Shown: piece after piece, positions 38,928-49,253 of the stretch
Position numbering within the stretch: position 1 is the first letter of the stretch
Layout: every line of letters starts with the position of its first letter
Source: Pseudomonadales bacterium
GTDB taxonomy: Bacteria; Pseudomonadota; Gammaproteobacteria; Pseudomonadales; JAHEIH01
Direction of reading: 5' to 3'
Length of the DNA stretch: 64,000 nt
Assembly (NCBI GenBank): GCA_035458985.1
Contig: DATHYR010000288.1
Coordinates: 8,832 to 72,831, forward strand
Position numbers and translations under genes: made by a program
Notes under the pieces: generated by a model
Told to the model about the DNA's origin: nothing
Database searches by the model: none
The model's input: only the letters and a program-made list of their open reading frames with translations

Positions 38928-39608
38928 CTACACTGCTAATAATAGCGGTCCATGTGCTTTAAGCCATTCACAATGAGCCTTGTAATCGGGTACCCACGAC
39001 GCGACTTCTCGCCAGAAATGGACGGAGTGATTCATTTCCACCATATGTGCCAACTCATGGTAGATCACATAATCACGGACGGCTGGCGGTGCCATAATTA
39101 AGCGCCAATTCAATTTAATCACACCCTTCGTATCACAACTTCCCCACCGGGCGGTAAAACTGCGGACAGTAATTTGACTCGGCCTACGACCGACCTGCTC
39201 CGCTAGGAACTGGCAACGCGCAGTCAGCTCGCGACTAGCCCGCTCGCGCAAGAATTTTTGTAATGCTTTTGCCGCCGCTTGGTCGTGAGTGACCGGCAAA
39301 TAGATGACGCCGTCCACAAGGCAGACATCACCTCGACCCTGGGGGCGGTACCAACGCAATGTATGGTAACGGCCATCCACCATTAACGTAGCCCCATCGT
39401 GATAAGCCACCGGGGCGGGGCTTTTCGCCAACACCTTTTGCAACCAAGCCTGCCGCTTTTGCAAGAGTGCGGACAAATAATCATCAGAGACCCAATGCGG
39501 GGCGCGAAGCTCGACCGTACAGGCATTTAGAATACGCAGCGCCACTGTTTTACGGCGGTGGCTGCGTTTAATAACAAGATCGTATTCCACTTCACATCCT
39601 TGGGTCAT
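38928..39608 (-). CDS. M48-like metallopeptidase (YgjP/DUF45 family)
   Basis: HELAHMVEMNHS zinc motif in the C-terminal third. Confidence 0.85.
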   Translation of the reverse strand: MTQGCEVEYDLVIKRSHRRKTVALRILNACTVELRAPHWVSDDYLSALLQKRQAWLQKVLAKSPAPVAYHDGATLMVDGRYHTLRWYRPQGRGDVCLVDGVIYLPVTHDQAAAKALQKFLRERASRELTARCQFLAEQVGRRPSQITVRSFTARWGSCDTKGVIKLNWRLIMAPPAVRDYVIYHELAHMVEMNHSVHFWREVASWVPDYKAHCEWLKAHGPLLLAV

Positions 39609-39728
39609 CGTGAGCCATTATGCCGAAACATCGAAACCAGCTAAAGAAAATACACATCGGGGTTAGCGATTTGTCACACCTTTGCTATTATTGGCTGACC
39701 ACTAAAAAAACCAAAAAGGGATAGGGGT

Positions 39729-40481
39729 ATGGATTTCTCACTTGGCAAAGGAATGTCGGCGATTGCCGTGTCTGCGGGATTAACGTTATCACACATGGTA
39801 CATGCCGATACACTGATTGGCCTGTACATTGGCAGTGATTATTGGAAAACTTCAACCTCTGGATCTCTCAGCAGCCAAACTAGCGACACTAGCACAGACT
39901 TTTCGAGCAATAAGCCCGCAACAAGCTACCTAGCCTTTGAACATCCTATCCCTCTGCTACCCAATATTATGCTTCGCAATGCGTCACTCGATTTAACGGG
40001 CAACAGCGTCAGCGGGATCAATGTTTATGGGGGTTCTAATATCACCAGCGCTACGGCCAATGTTGATCAAACCGATGCCGTGCTCTATTACGAACTTCTC
40101 GACAACGGCCTCGTCAGTTTCGATCTAGGGGTGAACCTTCGTAAAGTTGATGGCGATTTTAGCGTCTATTCCAGCAACAATGTATTGGTGGAGGAAACCC
40201 GTTTCTCCGGTTATGTACCGATGCTTTATGCAGCAGCGGAGATCGGCATCGTGACAACCGGGCTTTCGGTTTATGGTGATTTCAATGCACTAAGTGTGGG
40301 TGACCATAGCCTGCGTGATTACCAAGCAGGTATTGCCTACCAATTTGTCGATAGTGCCTTAATAGATATGAGTGCTCGCGTGGGTTTTCGCAAACTCACT
40401 ATTGATTTACAAGATCTCGATGGTATTAACAGCGATCTCAGTGTTGATGGCGTTACCGCGGGTCTTCGGGTTCACTTTTAA
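39729..40481 (+). CDS. Putative outer-membrane beta-barrel protein
   Basis: Signal peptide ending HMVHA, alternating amphipathic strands and a C-terminal ...GLRVHF. Confidence 0.65.
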   Translation: MDFSLGKGMSAIAVSAGLTLSHMVHADTLIGLYIGSDYWKTSTSGSLSSQTSDTSTDFSSNKPATSYLAFEHPIPLLPNIMLRNASLDLTGNSVSGINVYGGSNITSATANVDQTDAVLYYELLDNGLVSFDLGVNLRKVDGDFSVYSSNNVLVEETRFSGYVPMLYAAAEIGIVTTGLSVYGDFNALSVGDHSLRDYQAGIAYQFVDSALIDMSARVGFRKLTIDLQDLDGINSDLSVDGVTAGLRVHF

Positions 40482-41848
40482 GGAATCCAAACCCTAGCTT
40501 CGGGGATATCTTTGATCAGCAGTTGCTGCAACTGCTGTTTAGCGGCATCGTCACCATGGACAATGCGAATTTCCTTTGGCGCCTCATTAATCCCTAGCAC
40601 AAAACGTCGCAAGCCTCGTTGATCGGCGTGGGCCGAAAACCCGTTAATTGTCTGCACCTTGGCTTTAACATTGACATCTTCGCCATCAATGCGCACTTTT
40701 TTGGCACCTTCCTGTAGTGCTCGACCTACCGAATCGCTGGCTTGATACCCAATGAACAGCACATCCGTTCGAGGATCAGGTAACAGCGCTTTTAAATAGT
40801 TTACAATGCGACCACCATTACACATTCCACTCGCGGAAATCACAATGGCGGGGCGTGCGGTTTCTTTAAGATGCTGCACCACACGCTGGTGAGCCTCGTG
40901 ATTATCTACCGTGAGCATTTTGGCAAAATTAAGCGGTCGATGTCCTCGCTTTAGACGAAGCTGTGCTTCACTGTCCCAGTACGGTTTAAGGCTTCGGTAT
41001 ATCTTGGTGAACTTATTGGCCAGCGGCGAATCGACAATCACAGCAATATCTGACCAGGCCCCCCTCCCCTCTTCGGTATTAATACGATCACTGATGATCG
41101 CTTCAATTTCATACAGTAGCTCCTGAGTACGACCTAGGCTAAACGCGGGAATGAGAATAGTGCCAAGGTCTTGCACAGCGCGTTCAATGCTCTGAGCAAG
41201 GCGCTCGCGGCGTGTTGCACGGTTCTCATGGTTACGGTTACCGTAGGTTCCCTCTAACACTAATAAGTCGGCCTTCACTGGGCTCTTGGGTGAGGGTAAC
41301 AGCACCGCATCATCGGCACCTAAATCGCCAGAGAACACGACCCGCCCTTCGCCCATCAAACTGCATTCCACGAAAGCTGAGCCAAGGATGTGTCCTGCCG
41401 GCTGAAGACGAATTGAGACTTTTTGCGTTAAGGGTGCCCATGCGCCATAGCTGAGTGGGCGAATTTGCTTTTCTATTCGATCAACGATCGCTTCAATCTT
41501 GTCTTTATTGCGGATACCACTCATCTTGATGGACTCTCGAAGCACTTCTGGCATCAACAGCGCACTGGGAAAACTGCAATAAATAGGGCCATCAAATCCA
41601 GCAGCCACAAGATGGGGTAACCGTGAAATATGATCGGCATGCACGTGGGTACAAATGAGTGCGACAACACCCGTAAGATCAAAATCGATGCTCACATCGT
41701 CTTCATCGGCACCATAGGGAGAGCTATCTCCGCCTTGGAATAATCCACAGTCGATCAACAAGGACTTACCCTCACCAATCATCAGTTGGTGGCAAGACCC
41801 GGTAACTCCGGAAACAGCGCCATGGTGGATTACATTTATCATGCGCAC
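40478..41848 (-). CDS. MBL-fold beta-CASP hydrolase (RNA-specificity-domain family)
   Basis: HVHADH metallo-beta-lactamase motif. Size and C-terminal region are typical of beta-CASP RNases. Confidence 0.8.
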   Translation of the reverse strand: MRMINVIHHGAVSGVTGSCHQLMIGEGKSLLIDCGLFQGGDSSPYGADEDDVSIDFDLTGVVALICTHVHADHISRLPHLVAAGFDGPIYCSFPSALLMPEVLRESIKMSGIRNKDKIEAIVDRIEKQIRPLSYGAWAPLTQKVSIRLQPAGHILGSAFVECSLMGEGRVVFSGDLGADDAVLLPSPKSPVKADLLVLEGTYGNRNHENRATRRERLAQSIERAVQDLGTILIPAFSLGRTQELLYEIEAIISDRINTEEGRGAWSDIAVIVDSPLANKFTKIYRSLKPYWDSEAQLRLKRGHRPLNFAKMLTVDNHEAHQRVVQHLKETARPAIVISASGMCNGGRIVNYLKALLPDPRTDVLFIGYQASDSVGRALQEGAKKVRIDGEDVNVKAKVQTINGFSAHADQRGLRRFVLGINEAPKEIRIVHGDDAAKQQLQQLLIKDIPEARVWIP

Positions 41849-41896
41849 AGATTAGTACAAATTAGTTACAAAATATATCTATTTTGTAACAAATAC

Positions 41897-42580
41897 TCAA
41901 AACTCTGACTTTTTGAGTATTTCTCCCAGTTTGGCACGATGGCCAAGGTAGGCTATTTGTGCTTGTAGAAGCTCGAGCGTGGCCAAGGCATCACTCAAGG
42001 CATTGTGCAGGGGATAATCGGGCAAGCCATAACGGCGGCGACAGGCGTGTAATCTTAAACTGTCGGTAGGAATCAAATGATAACGCTTCAAAATTTTCGT
42101 TTTTTCCCACTGCAAAGTATCGACAATGGGCGCAACAATAGGGGCACCAATAAGTCGCCGCGACAATTTATTGAGATACGCCATGTCAATGTGGGCATTG
42201 TGAAACACTAATACCCGCCCATTAGCGGCCTGCAGCAACTGCCAAAACATCTCGCTGGCACGCGCGCCATAACTCGATTGCTCATCACTGATATGGTGAA
42301 AAACAGCACTTTGCCCAACTTCACGGCGCACACCCACCACAAGATGACGTGCCTCCGACAAGATAATACTGCCGTGCCTTAAAGGCACCCAACCAATACT
42401 GACAATCTCACCTTCGTTGTGATCAAGTGACGTGGTTTCAATATCGATCGAGAGAAACTCCACCTCATCGCTATAGGCCGAAAATGCGGGAAGCGCAGAA
42501 GAAAAAAAGGCGTTTACACGATGCTCCCTTAATTTATAGGCATACCAAGTGCGTTTAAGAAAGAGGTACCAATAGCGCAT
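41897..42580 (-). CDS. DEDDh 3'-5' exonuclease (DnaQ/epsilon-like)
   Basis: Exo motifs SIDIETTSLD, HNAHIDMAYL and HNALSDALAT. The start overlaps the upstream gene's stop by 1 nt. Confidence 0.85.
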   Translation of the reverse strand: MRYWYLFLKRTWYAYKLREHRVNAFFSSALPAFSAYSDEVEFLSIDIETTSLDHNEGEIVSIGWVPLRHGSIILSEARHLVVGVRREVGQSAVFHHISDEQSSYGARASEMFWQLLQAANGRVLVFHNAHIDMAYLNKLSRRLIGAPIVAPIVDTLQWEKTKILKRYHLIPTDSLRLHACRRRYGLPDYPLHNALSDALATLELLQAQIAYLGHRAKLGEILKKSEF

Positions 42581-44448
42581 TACGCCATACCCGAACGATA
42601 GCGGGTTTTAATAAAGCCCTGCGCATCGTGAACCACCTCAAATGCATCTTTTAACTGACGCCGCCTAACGTCGGGTAACTTATCGGGGTCAAGATAATTA
42701 CTGACGTGCGACGCGCCCTCGTTTTGGATGGTAGCTGCCATATTCTCCACGCGCAGCTGCATAATAAAGTCAAACGCATCTTGCATATTGCGTCCGTCCT
42801 TCACCGTCATCACCTTAGCTTTGATGAGTGCGTTAATGCGATCGGTGGTGTTCACGGCGGGAATATGATTGGCCAGTGAGTGGATGCGCATCATGTCGAT
42901 AATAGGGATCACCCCACGTTTCTTAAGATTAAGTGAATCCTTATGCTCGCCATTACGCTCGACGAGAAAACGTCTAAACACACCCAAAGGCGGGGTATAT
43001 TGCAGCACATTTTCAGCCAACGCCGCTAAAAAGATGCCATTTTTACTGGTACGACTCAGCATATGCTGTTGCAGTTGTTCCGTCAGCGATTCGTCACCGT
43101 ACACGTGGCGGATATCAAAGAAAATACTCACTCGCATCACGGCATCAGGCGTAGGGTGGTTGGTCCAACCGTCGACGGTATAACACCAACCTTTAAGGGG
43201 TAGGCGCCATGTGTCCGTCATGGCCATGATCTTGCCAGGACAATGCACATAGCCACACGCGTTTAGCCCGTCACAGACAAATTTGGCGACCCGCTTAAAC
43301 CAATCGGCCTGTTCAGGACGCATACTGTCGTGAATCACCATGCCATTGTCTTGGTCGGCGTTGATCAGTTGCTCCGCCCGTCCCTGCGAACCAAACCCCA
43401 ACCAGGCAAACGGGACAGGCTCAGGGCCATACTTCTCTTTGGCAAGTTCGATCAACCGCTTAGTAACTGCATCACTTATCGCGGTAAGAAAATGACTAAT
43501 TTGATTCGATTTAATACCTGCATTGACCCACTCAGCCATGGTCGCTGGAAGGCTATCAACCACCGAACGCATGGCATCAATGGTCAAGGCTCGACTCAGG
43601 TGCTGGACTAAATTGACCGGGTCATCTTGACGCGCCAACATCAGATCTGACGTCGTAATAATACCCAAAACGGTGCGGTCATCACTCGCGGCCACAATCG
43701 GTAGGTGATGAATTTTATTGCGCACCATAAAGAGCGTGGCATCGAATAGGGTCGCGTCAACATGCATGGCTTTGGGAGCCACCGTCATGACGTCGCCCAC
43801 TGGAGTGGCAACATCTAGTCCCACTGCAACCACCCGACTGCGCAGATCGCGGTCGGTGATGATACCGACCAAGACACCATCCAACAGAATCATGCCCGAG
43901 GAAACGCGACGTTCCGACATCGCCACAGCAACCTCTTGGATGGATTGGTCAGGATGAAACACTAAGACGTCGCGCGTCATGATGCTATCAACACGCCGCA
44001 TCAAATTATTGGGCTCAGGCGTATAGCGGGCGGCGCGACGCAAGCGGCGGTGTAACTGACGATGATAGTGGCGATCAACGTCTCGATAGGAGGAGGACAA
44101 CTCCTTAAACACTACCTCCGGTACCGTGTAAATCAGGGAGTCTTCATACAGAATCACCGTCACATTCGGGTTTTCTAAAAACATCTCCGAGAGAATGTAG
44201 CTTTCACCCTCACCCATGCGGTCCAGCAAGCGCTTGTCGTCGGCAATAATATCGATTGCACCACTGCGAATGATGCGTAAATCCGCAGGATTTTTAGAGC
44301 CGCAGACATGGCCACGGCGGTAATAATTGATTTCGATGTTCTGCGCCACCTTGTGTAAGGTGGATTCTTTGAGCAGATCAAAGGGAGGACAGGTCGCAAG
44401 GAACTCCACGACCATCATTAATTCAGGACTTAACCCCTGCTCGCTCAC
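42580..44448 (-). CDS. cNMP-binding/CBS-pair/DUF294 putative nucleotidyltransferase signalling protein
   Basis: 622 aa with an N-terminal cyclic-nucleotide-binding-like region, tandem CBS motifs, then a DUF294 NTase (LGFGSQGRAEQLINADQDNG) and C-terminal substrate-binding domain. Confidence 0.85.
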   Translation of the reverse strand: MSEQGLSPELMMVVEFLATCPPFDLLKESTLHKVAQNIEINYYRRGHVCGSKNPADLRIIRSGAIDIIADDKRLLDRMGEGESYILSEMFLENPNVTVILYEDSLIYTVPEVVFKELSSSYRDVDRHYHRQLHRRLRRAARYTPEPNNLMRRVDSIMTRDVLVFHPDQSIQEVAVAMSERRVSSGMILLDGVLVGIITDRDLRSRVVAVGLDVATPVGDVMTVAPKAMHVDATLFDATLFMVRNKIHHLPIVAASDDRTVLGIITTSDLMLARQDDPVNLVQHLSRALTIDAMRSVVDSLPATMAEWVNAGIKSNQISHFLTAISDAVTKRLIELAKEKYGPEPVPFAWLGFGSQGRAEQLINADQDNGMVIHDSMRPEQADWFKRVAKFVCDGLNACGYVHCPGKIMAMTDTWRLPLKGWCYTVDGWTNHPTPDAVMRVSIFFDIRHVYGDESLTEQLQQHMLSRTSKNGIFLAALAENVLQYTPPLGVFRRFLVERNGEHKDSLNLKKRGVIPIIDMMRIHSLANHIPAVNTTDRINALIKAKVMTVKDGRNMQDAFDFIMQLRVENMAATIQNEGASHVSNYLDPDKLPDVRRRQLKDAFEVVHDAQGFIKTRYRSGMA

Positions 44449-44948
44449 CGAACAGCTTCCTCTCTAAAGTCTTTGTGGTAGGACGTGTCGTAACCGAAAA
44501 ACACCGCTGTGGTTTGGCCGTAATACAGCGAATCATTGATCGAAACAACCACGTGCATGGACTCATCAGCCGCCGGGTGATAATTCAGAGGTAAGCGCCA
44601 TTGCAGAGGGCCATCTTCAGACATAGCAAAGTCTTTAGGCATATTCTCAGTGGGGTCGCCGAATGACATTTTCACGCCATCAAGCGGTAGCGTTGAAATA
44701 ACACGCACCTCCCCATAACCGCTATCACCGCCCTGCCAAACTACATTGAACTCCACGTCGCCATTAAAAAAACCACACATACCACTGCTATGCAGGCAAT
44801 TTGGCCGTGTGGCCAATTTATAGGTACCGCCTTGCTGTGCCACATGGGGCTTTTCAGACACCACCATATCCACACCATAATAAGTAATCACCGCCAGTAT
44901 TGGGGCGACGATAAAAGCAACGATAACGTGTTTATTGGTAAAAATCAT
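44445..44948 (-). CDS. Hypothetical membrane-anchored protein (167 aa)
   Basis: ATG at 44948 gives MIFTNKHVIVAFIVAPILAVITYYG (one TM helix) followed by a soluble domain. Its stop overlaps the DUF294 gene start by 4 nt. The upstream 65 codons are rejected. Confidence 0.6.
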   Translation of the reverse strand: MIFTNKHVIVAFIVAPILAVITYYGVDMVVSEKPHVAQQGGTYKLATRPNCLHSSGMCGFFNGDVEFNVVWQGGDSGYGEVRVISTLPLDGVKMSFGDPTENMPKDFAMSEDGPLQWRLPLNYHPAADESMHVVVSINDSLYYGQTTAVFFGYDTSYHKDFREEAVR

Positions 44949-45157
44949 AGATCTCTTCTTATGTAGAATGCATGAAATAAACACGACTATAACACGTGGC
45001 AAGGCGCATACAGATACGACCTTGGTCAAAGTTTTTGGATTCATTTGAAGGCGCAGTGATGCTTTACCTATGCCCCAGCTCCTGGCCACAAAGTCAGAAT
45101 TAAGGACAAAAAAAAGGGCCTCTACGAGGCCCTTTCCTATCAACTAATCACGCACTA

Positions 45158-46927
45158 TTAGTGATCTTGTGCTGCTTCTACACCAGAGGGTACACGGATA
45201 TGTTCAACCATATCTTGTACTTCTTGTGGGACTTCACCGGTAGCGTTAGACACAACATAGGCGACGATAAAGTTCACCACTGCGCCCACTGCACCGAAGG
45301 CGTTAGCCTCAATGCCGAAGAACCAGTTAGAACCTAAGCTTTCAAGGTATTTCCAATCCGCAACGAACAAGAAGCCTTTGTGTTGGAATACGTAGAACAG
45401 TGTCACGACGATACCAGCCACCATACCTGCAATAGCACCTTCTTTGTTAATACGCTTGCTGAAGATACCCATCATCAAGGCAGGGAAGATCGATGACGCG
45501 GCCAGACCGAAGGCCAAAGCCACTGTACCCGCTGCGAATCCAGGAGGATTCAGACCGAGATAACCGGCCACACCAATCGCACCAGCCATCGCAATACGGC
45601 TGTACATCAACTCAGATTTCTCGTCCAAGTCAGGCTTGAATACACCCTTCATCAAGTCGTGAGAGATCGATGAAGAAATCGCCAACAACAGACCCGCTGC
45701 CGTAGACAATGCTGCCGCCAGACCACCCGCGGCTACCAGCGCAATGACCCAGTTTGGCAGTTGTGCGATTTCGGGGTTCGCCAATACCATAATGTCGTTA
45801 TCTACTTTCAGCTCGTTGCCTGCCCAGCCTTTTTCGGCTGCCAGTGCTTGGCCAGTCGCAGATTTGTCATTGTAGTACTGGATACGACCGTCGCCGTTCT
45901 TATCTTCAAACTTCAACAGACCGGTTTTTTCCCAGTTGGTGAACCACTCGGGTGCATCGGCATAGGCCAAATTCTCACCGCCATTAGGCTGAATAGTTTC
46001 GTGCAGGTTCAAGCGAGCCATAGCCGCAACAGCAGGTGCTGTGGTGTACAGAATCGCAATGAATACCAATGCCCAACCCGCTGATGAACGCGCATCTTTC
46101 ACGGTAGGTACAGTGAAGAAACGAATGATAACGTGCGGCAAGCCAGCCGTACCAATCATCAGAGACATGGTGTAAACAAACATGTTCAAGGTGCTCAAGC
46201 GAGGCCCTGTCGTGTAGTTTGCAAAACCTAAGTCTGTGACCACCTGATCCAGTTTCACTAGCAGTGGTGTGCCATCCGCCAACGAACCACCCAAGCCCAA
46301 TTGTGGCAGTGGGTTACCGGTGAGATTCAATGAAATGAAGATCGCAGGAATGGTGTAGGCAAAGATCAATACACAGTACTGCGCGATCTGGGTGTAAGTA
46401 ATACCTTTCATACCACCCAATACCGCATAGATAAATACGATGGTCATACCAATGTACAGACCTGTGTCGTAATCAACCTGCAAGAAGCGAGAGAACGCTA
46501 CGCCAACCCCTTTCATCTGACCAATAACGTACGTTACCGATACAATGATCAAACATATCACCGCCACAACGCGCGCGCTGTTTGAGTAGTAACGATCACC
46601 AATGAACTCAGGCACAGTGAACTTACCGAACTTACGTAAGTAAGGCGCCAGCAACATCGCCAAAATTACGTAACCACCGGTCCAGCCCATCAAGAACACA
46701 GAACCGCCGTTACCACCGTACGAGAGGGCAATCAAACCTGCCATTGAAATGAACGACGCCGCTGACATCCAATCCGCCGCGGTCGCCATACCATTTGCCA
46801 CAGGATTAATACCGCCCCCTGCAATGTAAAACTCTTTTGTCGATCCTGCTTTCGCCCAGATCGCAATACCGATGTACAGTGCAAACGTTGCACCGACGAC
46901 GATATAGGTAATTGTTTGTAAATCCAT
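45158..46927 (-). CDS. Sodium:solute symporter, VC_2705-type large subunit (acetate/monocarboxylate permease-like)
   Basis: 589-aa polytopic SSS protein, preceded by a DUF4212 small subunit 10 nt upstream. Confidence 0.9.
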   Translation of the reverse strand: MDLQTITYIVVGATFALYIGIAIWAKAGSTKEFYIAGGGINPVANGMATAADWMSAASFISMAGLIALSYGGNGGSVFLMGWTGGYVILAMLLAPYLRKFGKFTVPEFIGDRYYSNSARVVAVICLIIVSVTYVIGQMKGVGVAFSRFLQVDYDTGLYIGMTIVFIYAVLGGMKGITYTQIAQYCVLIFAYTIPAIFISLNLTGNPLPQLGLGGSLADGTPLLVKLDQVVTDLGFANYTTGPRLSTLNMFVYTMSLMIGTAGLPHVIIRFFTVPTVKDARSSAGWALVFIAILYTTAPAVAAMARLNLHETIQPNGGENLAYADAPEWFTNWEKTGLLKFEDKNGDGRIQYYNDKSATGQALAAEKGWAGNELKVDNDIMVLANPEIAQLPNWVIALVAAGGLAAALSTAAGLLLAISSSISHDLMKGVFKPDLDEKSELMYSRIAMAGAIGVAGYLGLNPPGFAAGTVALAFGLAASSIFPALMMGIFSKRINKEGAIAGMVAGIVVTLFYVFQHKGFLFVADWKYLESLGSNWFFGIEANAFGAVGAVVNFIVAYVVSNATGEVPQEVQDMVEHIRVPSGVEAAQDH

Positions 46928-46937
46928 GATACGTCTC

Positions 46938-47204
46938 CTATTCGCCGTCTACGCCGTATTTGGCGTCCAACTTACCCATTGCCTTGGCATAGTAAAAAAT
47001 CAATATCAAGAAGGTGTAAATTGAACCCTGTTGTGCGAACCAGAAGCCCAGTTTGTAACCACCGATCTGAATGGTGTTCAGTACATCCGCCAACAAAATG
47101 CCACAGCCGAAAGAAACCACGAACCACACAACCATGAGTTTGATCATGAGGCTGACGTTTTCCGACCAATATGCCTTGGCGTCATCTTCACTTTTGAAAG
47201 CCAT
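46938..47204 (-). CDS. DUF4212 small subunit of the sodium:solute symporter
   Basis: 88 aa with two TM helices and a YWSENVSLMIKLMVVWFVVSFG... pattern typical of DUF4212. Confidence 0.85.
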   Translation of the reverse strand: MAFKSEDDAKAYWSENVSLMIKLMVVWFVVSFGCGILLADVLNTIQIGGYKLGFWFAQQGSIYTFLILIFYYAKAMGKLDAKYGVDGE

Positions 47205-47282
47205 GATAGACCCTCCACTTATTAATTTTATGTTTAAAGTTTGGCCGAGGGTTAGCTCGGCCGGTGGTACTCGTTAATCCAA

Positions 47283-48383
47283 TTAGAGGGCCATTTTGAC
47301 CATCAATTGGAGGTATTTGTTTTCGCCGTTAGCCGAACCGCCGTCGTCATCAATAGAATAGCGACCCACTTCCAAGCCACCCGTCAAACCTGGGGCCAGC
47401 GTGGTCATGATGTTGGCACCGAAGTGAGTGCGATCACGACCCGACTCATCGCCCTCTAGGCCGCCAAAGAACACGTTGGTGCGCCAGCCATCACCCATGA
47501 CATGGCGATACGCGATGGTGTATGAGGTCGTTGAATCCATCTCAACGTTGCCGTCGCCATCAAAATCACCCAATTCAGCACCTTGACCGGCACCGATGTA
47601 GCGACCCCACTCGCCCACGTTTAACTGCATACGAACATCGTTCTGACCAAACTTCAATTTAGCCGCCGCACCAAAGGCAGTCGCGGTGTGCTTTGCACCA
47701 CCTTCGTCGATGCTACGTACGATACCGTTCACCTGAATGTTGCCCCAATCACCACTAGTGGCGTATGAGGTAATGAAGTCAGGCGTTGATTCTTGCGCGT
47801 TAGCTTGTGTCATGCCCGCGGCTGCGCCGCTGGTACCAAATTTGCCGCCTTGGTAGGTCTCAGGGTTTTCCACCGAGAATGTCCAACCGCCACTGCTGTA
47901 GCGAATACCAGGCTGACGAACGAACACCATACCGACAATGGGACCACCAAAGTCAACGGTTTCAGGGATAGCAATCAGGTTCATCGCGGCGGTCCATGCT
48001 TGGCCGACTTTCCAACCACCATGCGTGATAAAGGCCTGACGTAAACGTAGGTGTTCAGAATTAGACACCAACTCATTACCCGAACCACCATAGAGGTCAA
48101 ATTCGACGTAGCCCGTCGTCGCACCACGTTTGTACGTGGTTGTAAAACGCGATTCACGCATGCTGAAAGCTGTTGACGAAGTATCAGCGGGAGTTAAAGA
48201 AGCACCGCGGTAGTAAGAGGTTGCCTTGAAGTCACCCGACTCGTGACGTGCGTCAAGTTTGAGGTAACCACCGAAAGAAATGCTTCCTTGATCACCCAAA
48301 TCGACGGTAAAAGCTGCCATAGAAGGCGCTGCAAATGCCAATGCTACGGCACCAGCAAGCAAGCTTTTCTGTACTGTTTTCAT
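47283..48383 (-). CDS. Putative outer-membrane porin
   Basis: The start at 48383 gives the signal peptide MKTVQKSLLAGAVALAFAAPSMA. The protein is Gly/aromatic-rich with beta-strand periodicity. The upstream 35 codons are rejected. Confidence 0.7.
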   Translation of the reverse strand: MKTVQKSLLAGAVALAFAAPSMAAFTVDLGDQGSISFGGYLKLDARHESGDFKATSYYRGASLTPADTSSTAFSMRESRFTTTYKRGATTGYVEFDLYGGSGNELVSNSEHLRLRQAFITHGGWKVGQAWTAAMNLIAIPETVDFGGPIVGMVFVRQPGIRYSSGGWTFSVENPETYQGGKFGTSGAAAGMTQANAQESTPDFITSYATSGDWGNIQVNGIVRSIDEGGAKHTATAFGAAAKLKFGQNDVRMQLNVGEWGRYIGAGQGAELGDFDGDGNVEMDSTTSYTIAYRHVMGDGWRTNVFFGGLEGDESGRDRTHFGANIMTTLAPGLTGGLEVGRYSIDDDGGSANGENKYLQLMVKMAL

Positions 48384-48587
48384 GTTGTTCCCCTTGTGAG
48401 AATTATTGTTTCTTTTGGATATTGCCAAGACGTAGACTGCAACATGAGGACTTGTAAACCTATTAGCCATTAGTCTATATTCGACCAAAGTCTAACGACG
48501 TTGTGACAAACACTGTAACGGCACCCTTTCATCGGCAAGCGAGGGGCTTAGTCAAAGCACAATTATGATAAAAATGGAGAAAATCTT

Positions 48588-49253
48588 TTGGCCATTACAG
48601 CAAAACTTGTTATCGCTGATGACCACCCGTTATTTCGCGCCGCGCTGACGCAAACCATCGCGCAACATGACAATGACGACATTATGATTCTTGAAGCCTC
48701 TGACATCAGTAGCCTGCAAGAGATTTGTCAGCGCGAACAACATATTGACCTCGTCTTACTCGATCTTCATATCCCAGGAGCAAGAGGACTAAGCGGTCTG
48801 ATCTATCTCGTTAATAACTTCCCTCACATACCTGTGATGATGATTTCAGCCAATGATGGTGACGACATTATCGGTAAAGCCATTGCGCAAGGTGCGGCTG
48901 GCTTTTTGTCAAAGAGTGCTGAACCGGCCGAGATCGCACGGGCCATTCAAGTCGTGAAGATGGGCGATATATACTTACCGCCCCACTGCAATGTTGATTT
49001 AGAAGCCCTTGAAGACAGCCAGGACACCGACATCAGCCAACTGATGTCGCAACTCACCCCACAGCAATTTAAAGTCGCGGTGATGCTCGCGGAAGGTCTC
49101 CTCAACAAGCAAATCGCCTTTGAACTTAATGTGACCGAAGCGACCGTGAAAGCTCATGTCACCGAAATCTTTCGTAAGTTGGGTGTCAGCTCACGTACCC
49201 AAGCCGTGCTGATGATTAGTCAACTGGACATCCAAACGCCAAGCTTTAACTAA
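48588..49253 (+). CDS. crbR: LuxR/FixJ-family response regulator (CrbR-like)
   Basis: Receiver domain (DLVLLDLHIPG) plus a LuxR helix-turn-helix (LNKQIAFELNVTEATVKAHV). It is adjacent to an SSS-domain hybrid kinase. TTG start. Confidence 0.75.
   Translation: MAITAKLVIADDHPLFRAALTQTIAQHDNDDIMILEASDISSLQEICQREQHIDLVLLDLHIPGARGLSGLIYLVNNFPHIPVMMISANDGDDIIGKAIAQGAAGFLSKSAEPAEIARAIQVVKMGDIYLPPHCNVDLEALEDSQDTDISQLMSQLTPQQFKVAVMLAEGLLNKQIAFELNVTEATVKAHVTEIFRKLGVSSRTQAVLMISQLDIQTPSFN

Noticed and set aside
41882-41894. 13-mer TATTTGTTACAAA shared, in the same orientation relative to the downstream gene, between the beta-CASP upstream region (minus strand, 41882-41894) and the hnoX upstream region (56598-56610). 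A related TTTGTTACAC lies upstream of the DUF4041-like operon (about 28158).
   Set aside because: By rough estimate, dozens of exact 13-mer pairs are expected by chance in 64 kb on two strands, and more in AT-rich spacers. Without conservation data this is not evidence for a shared operator.
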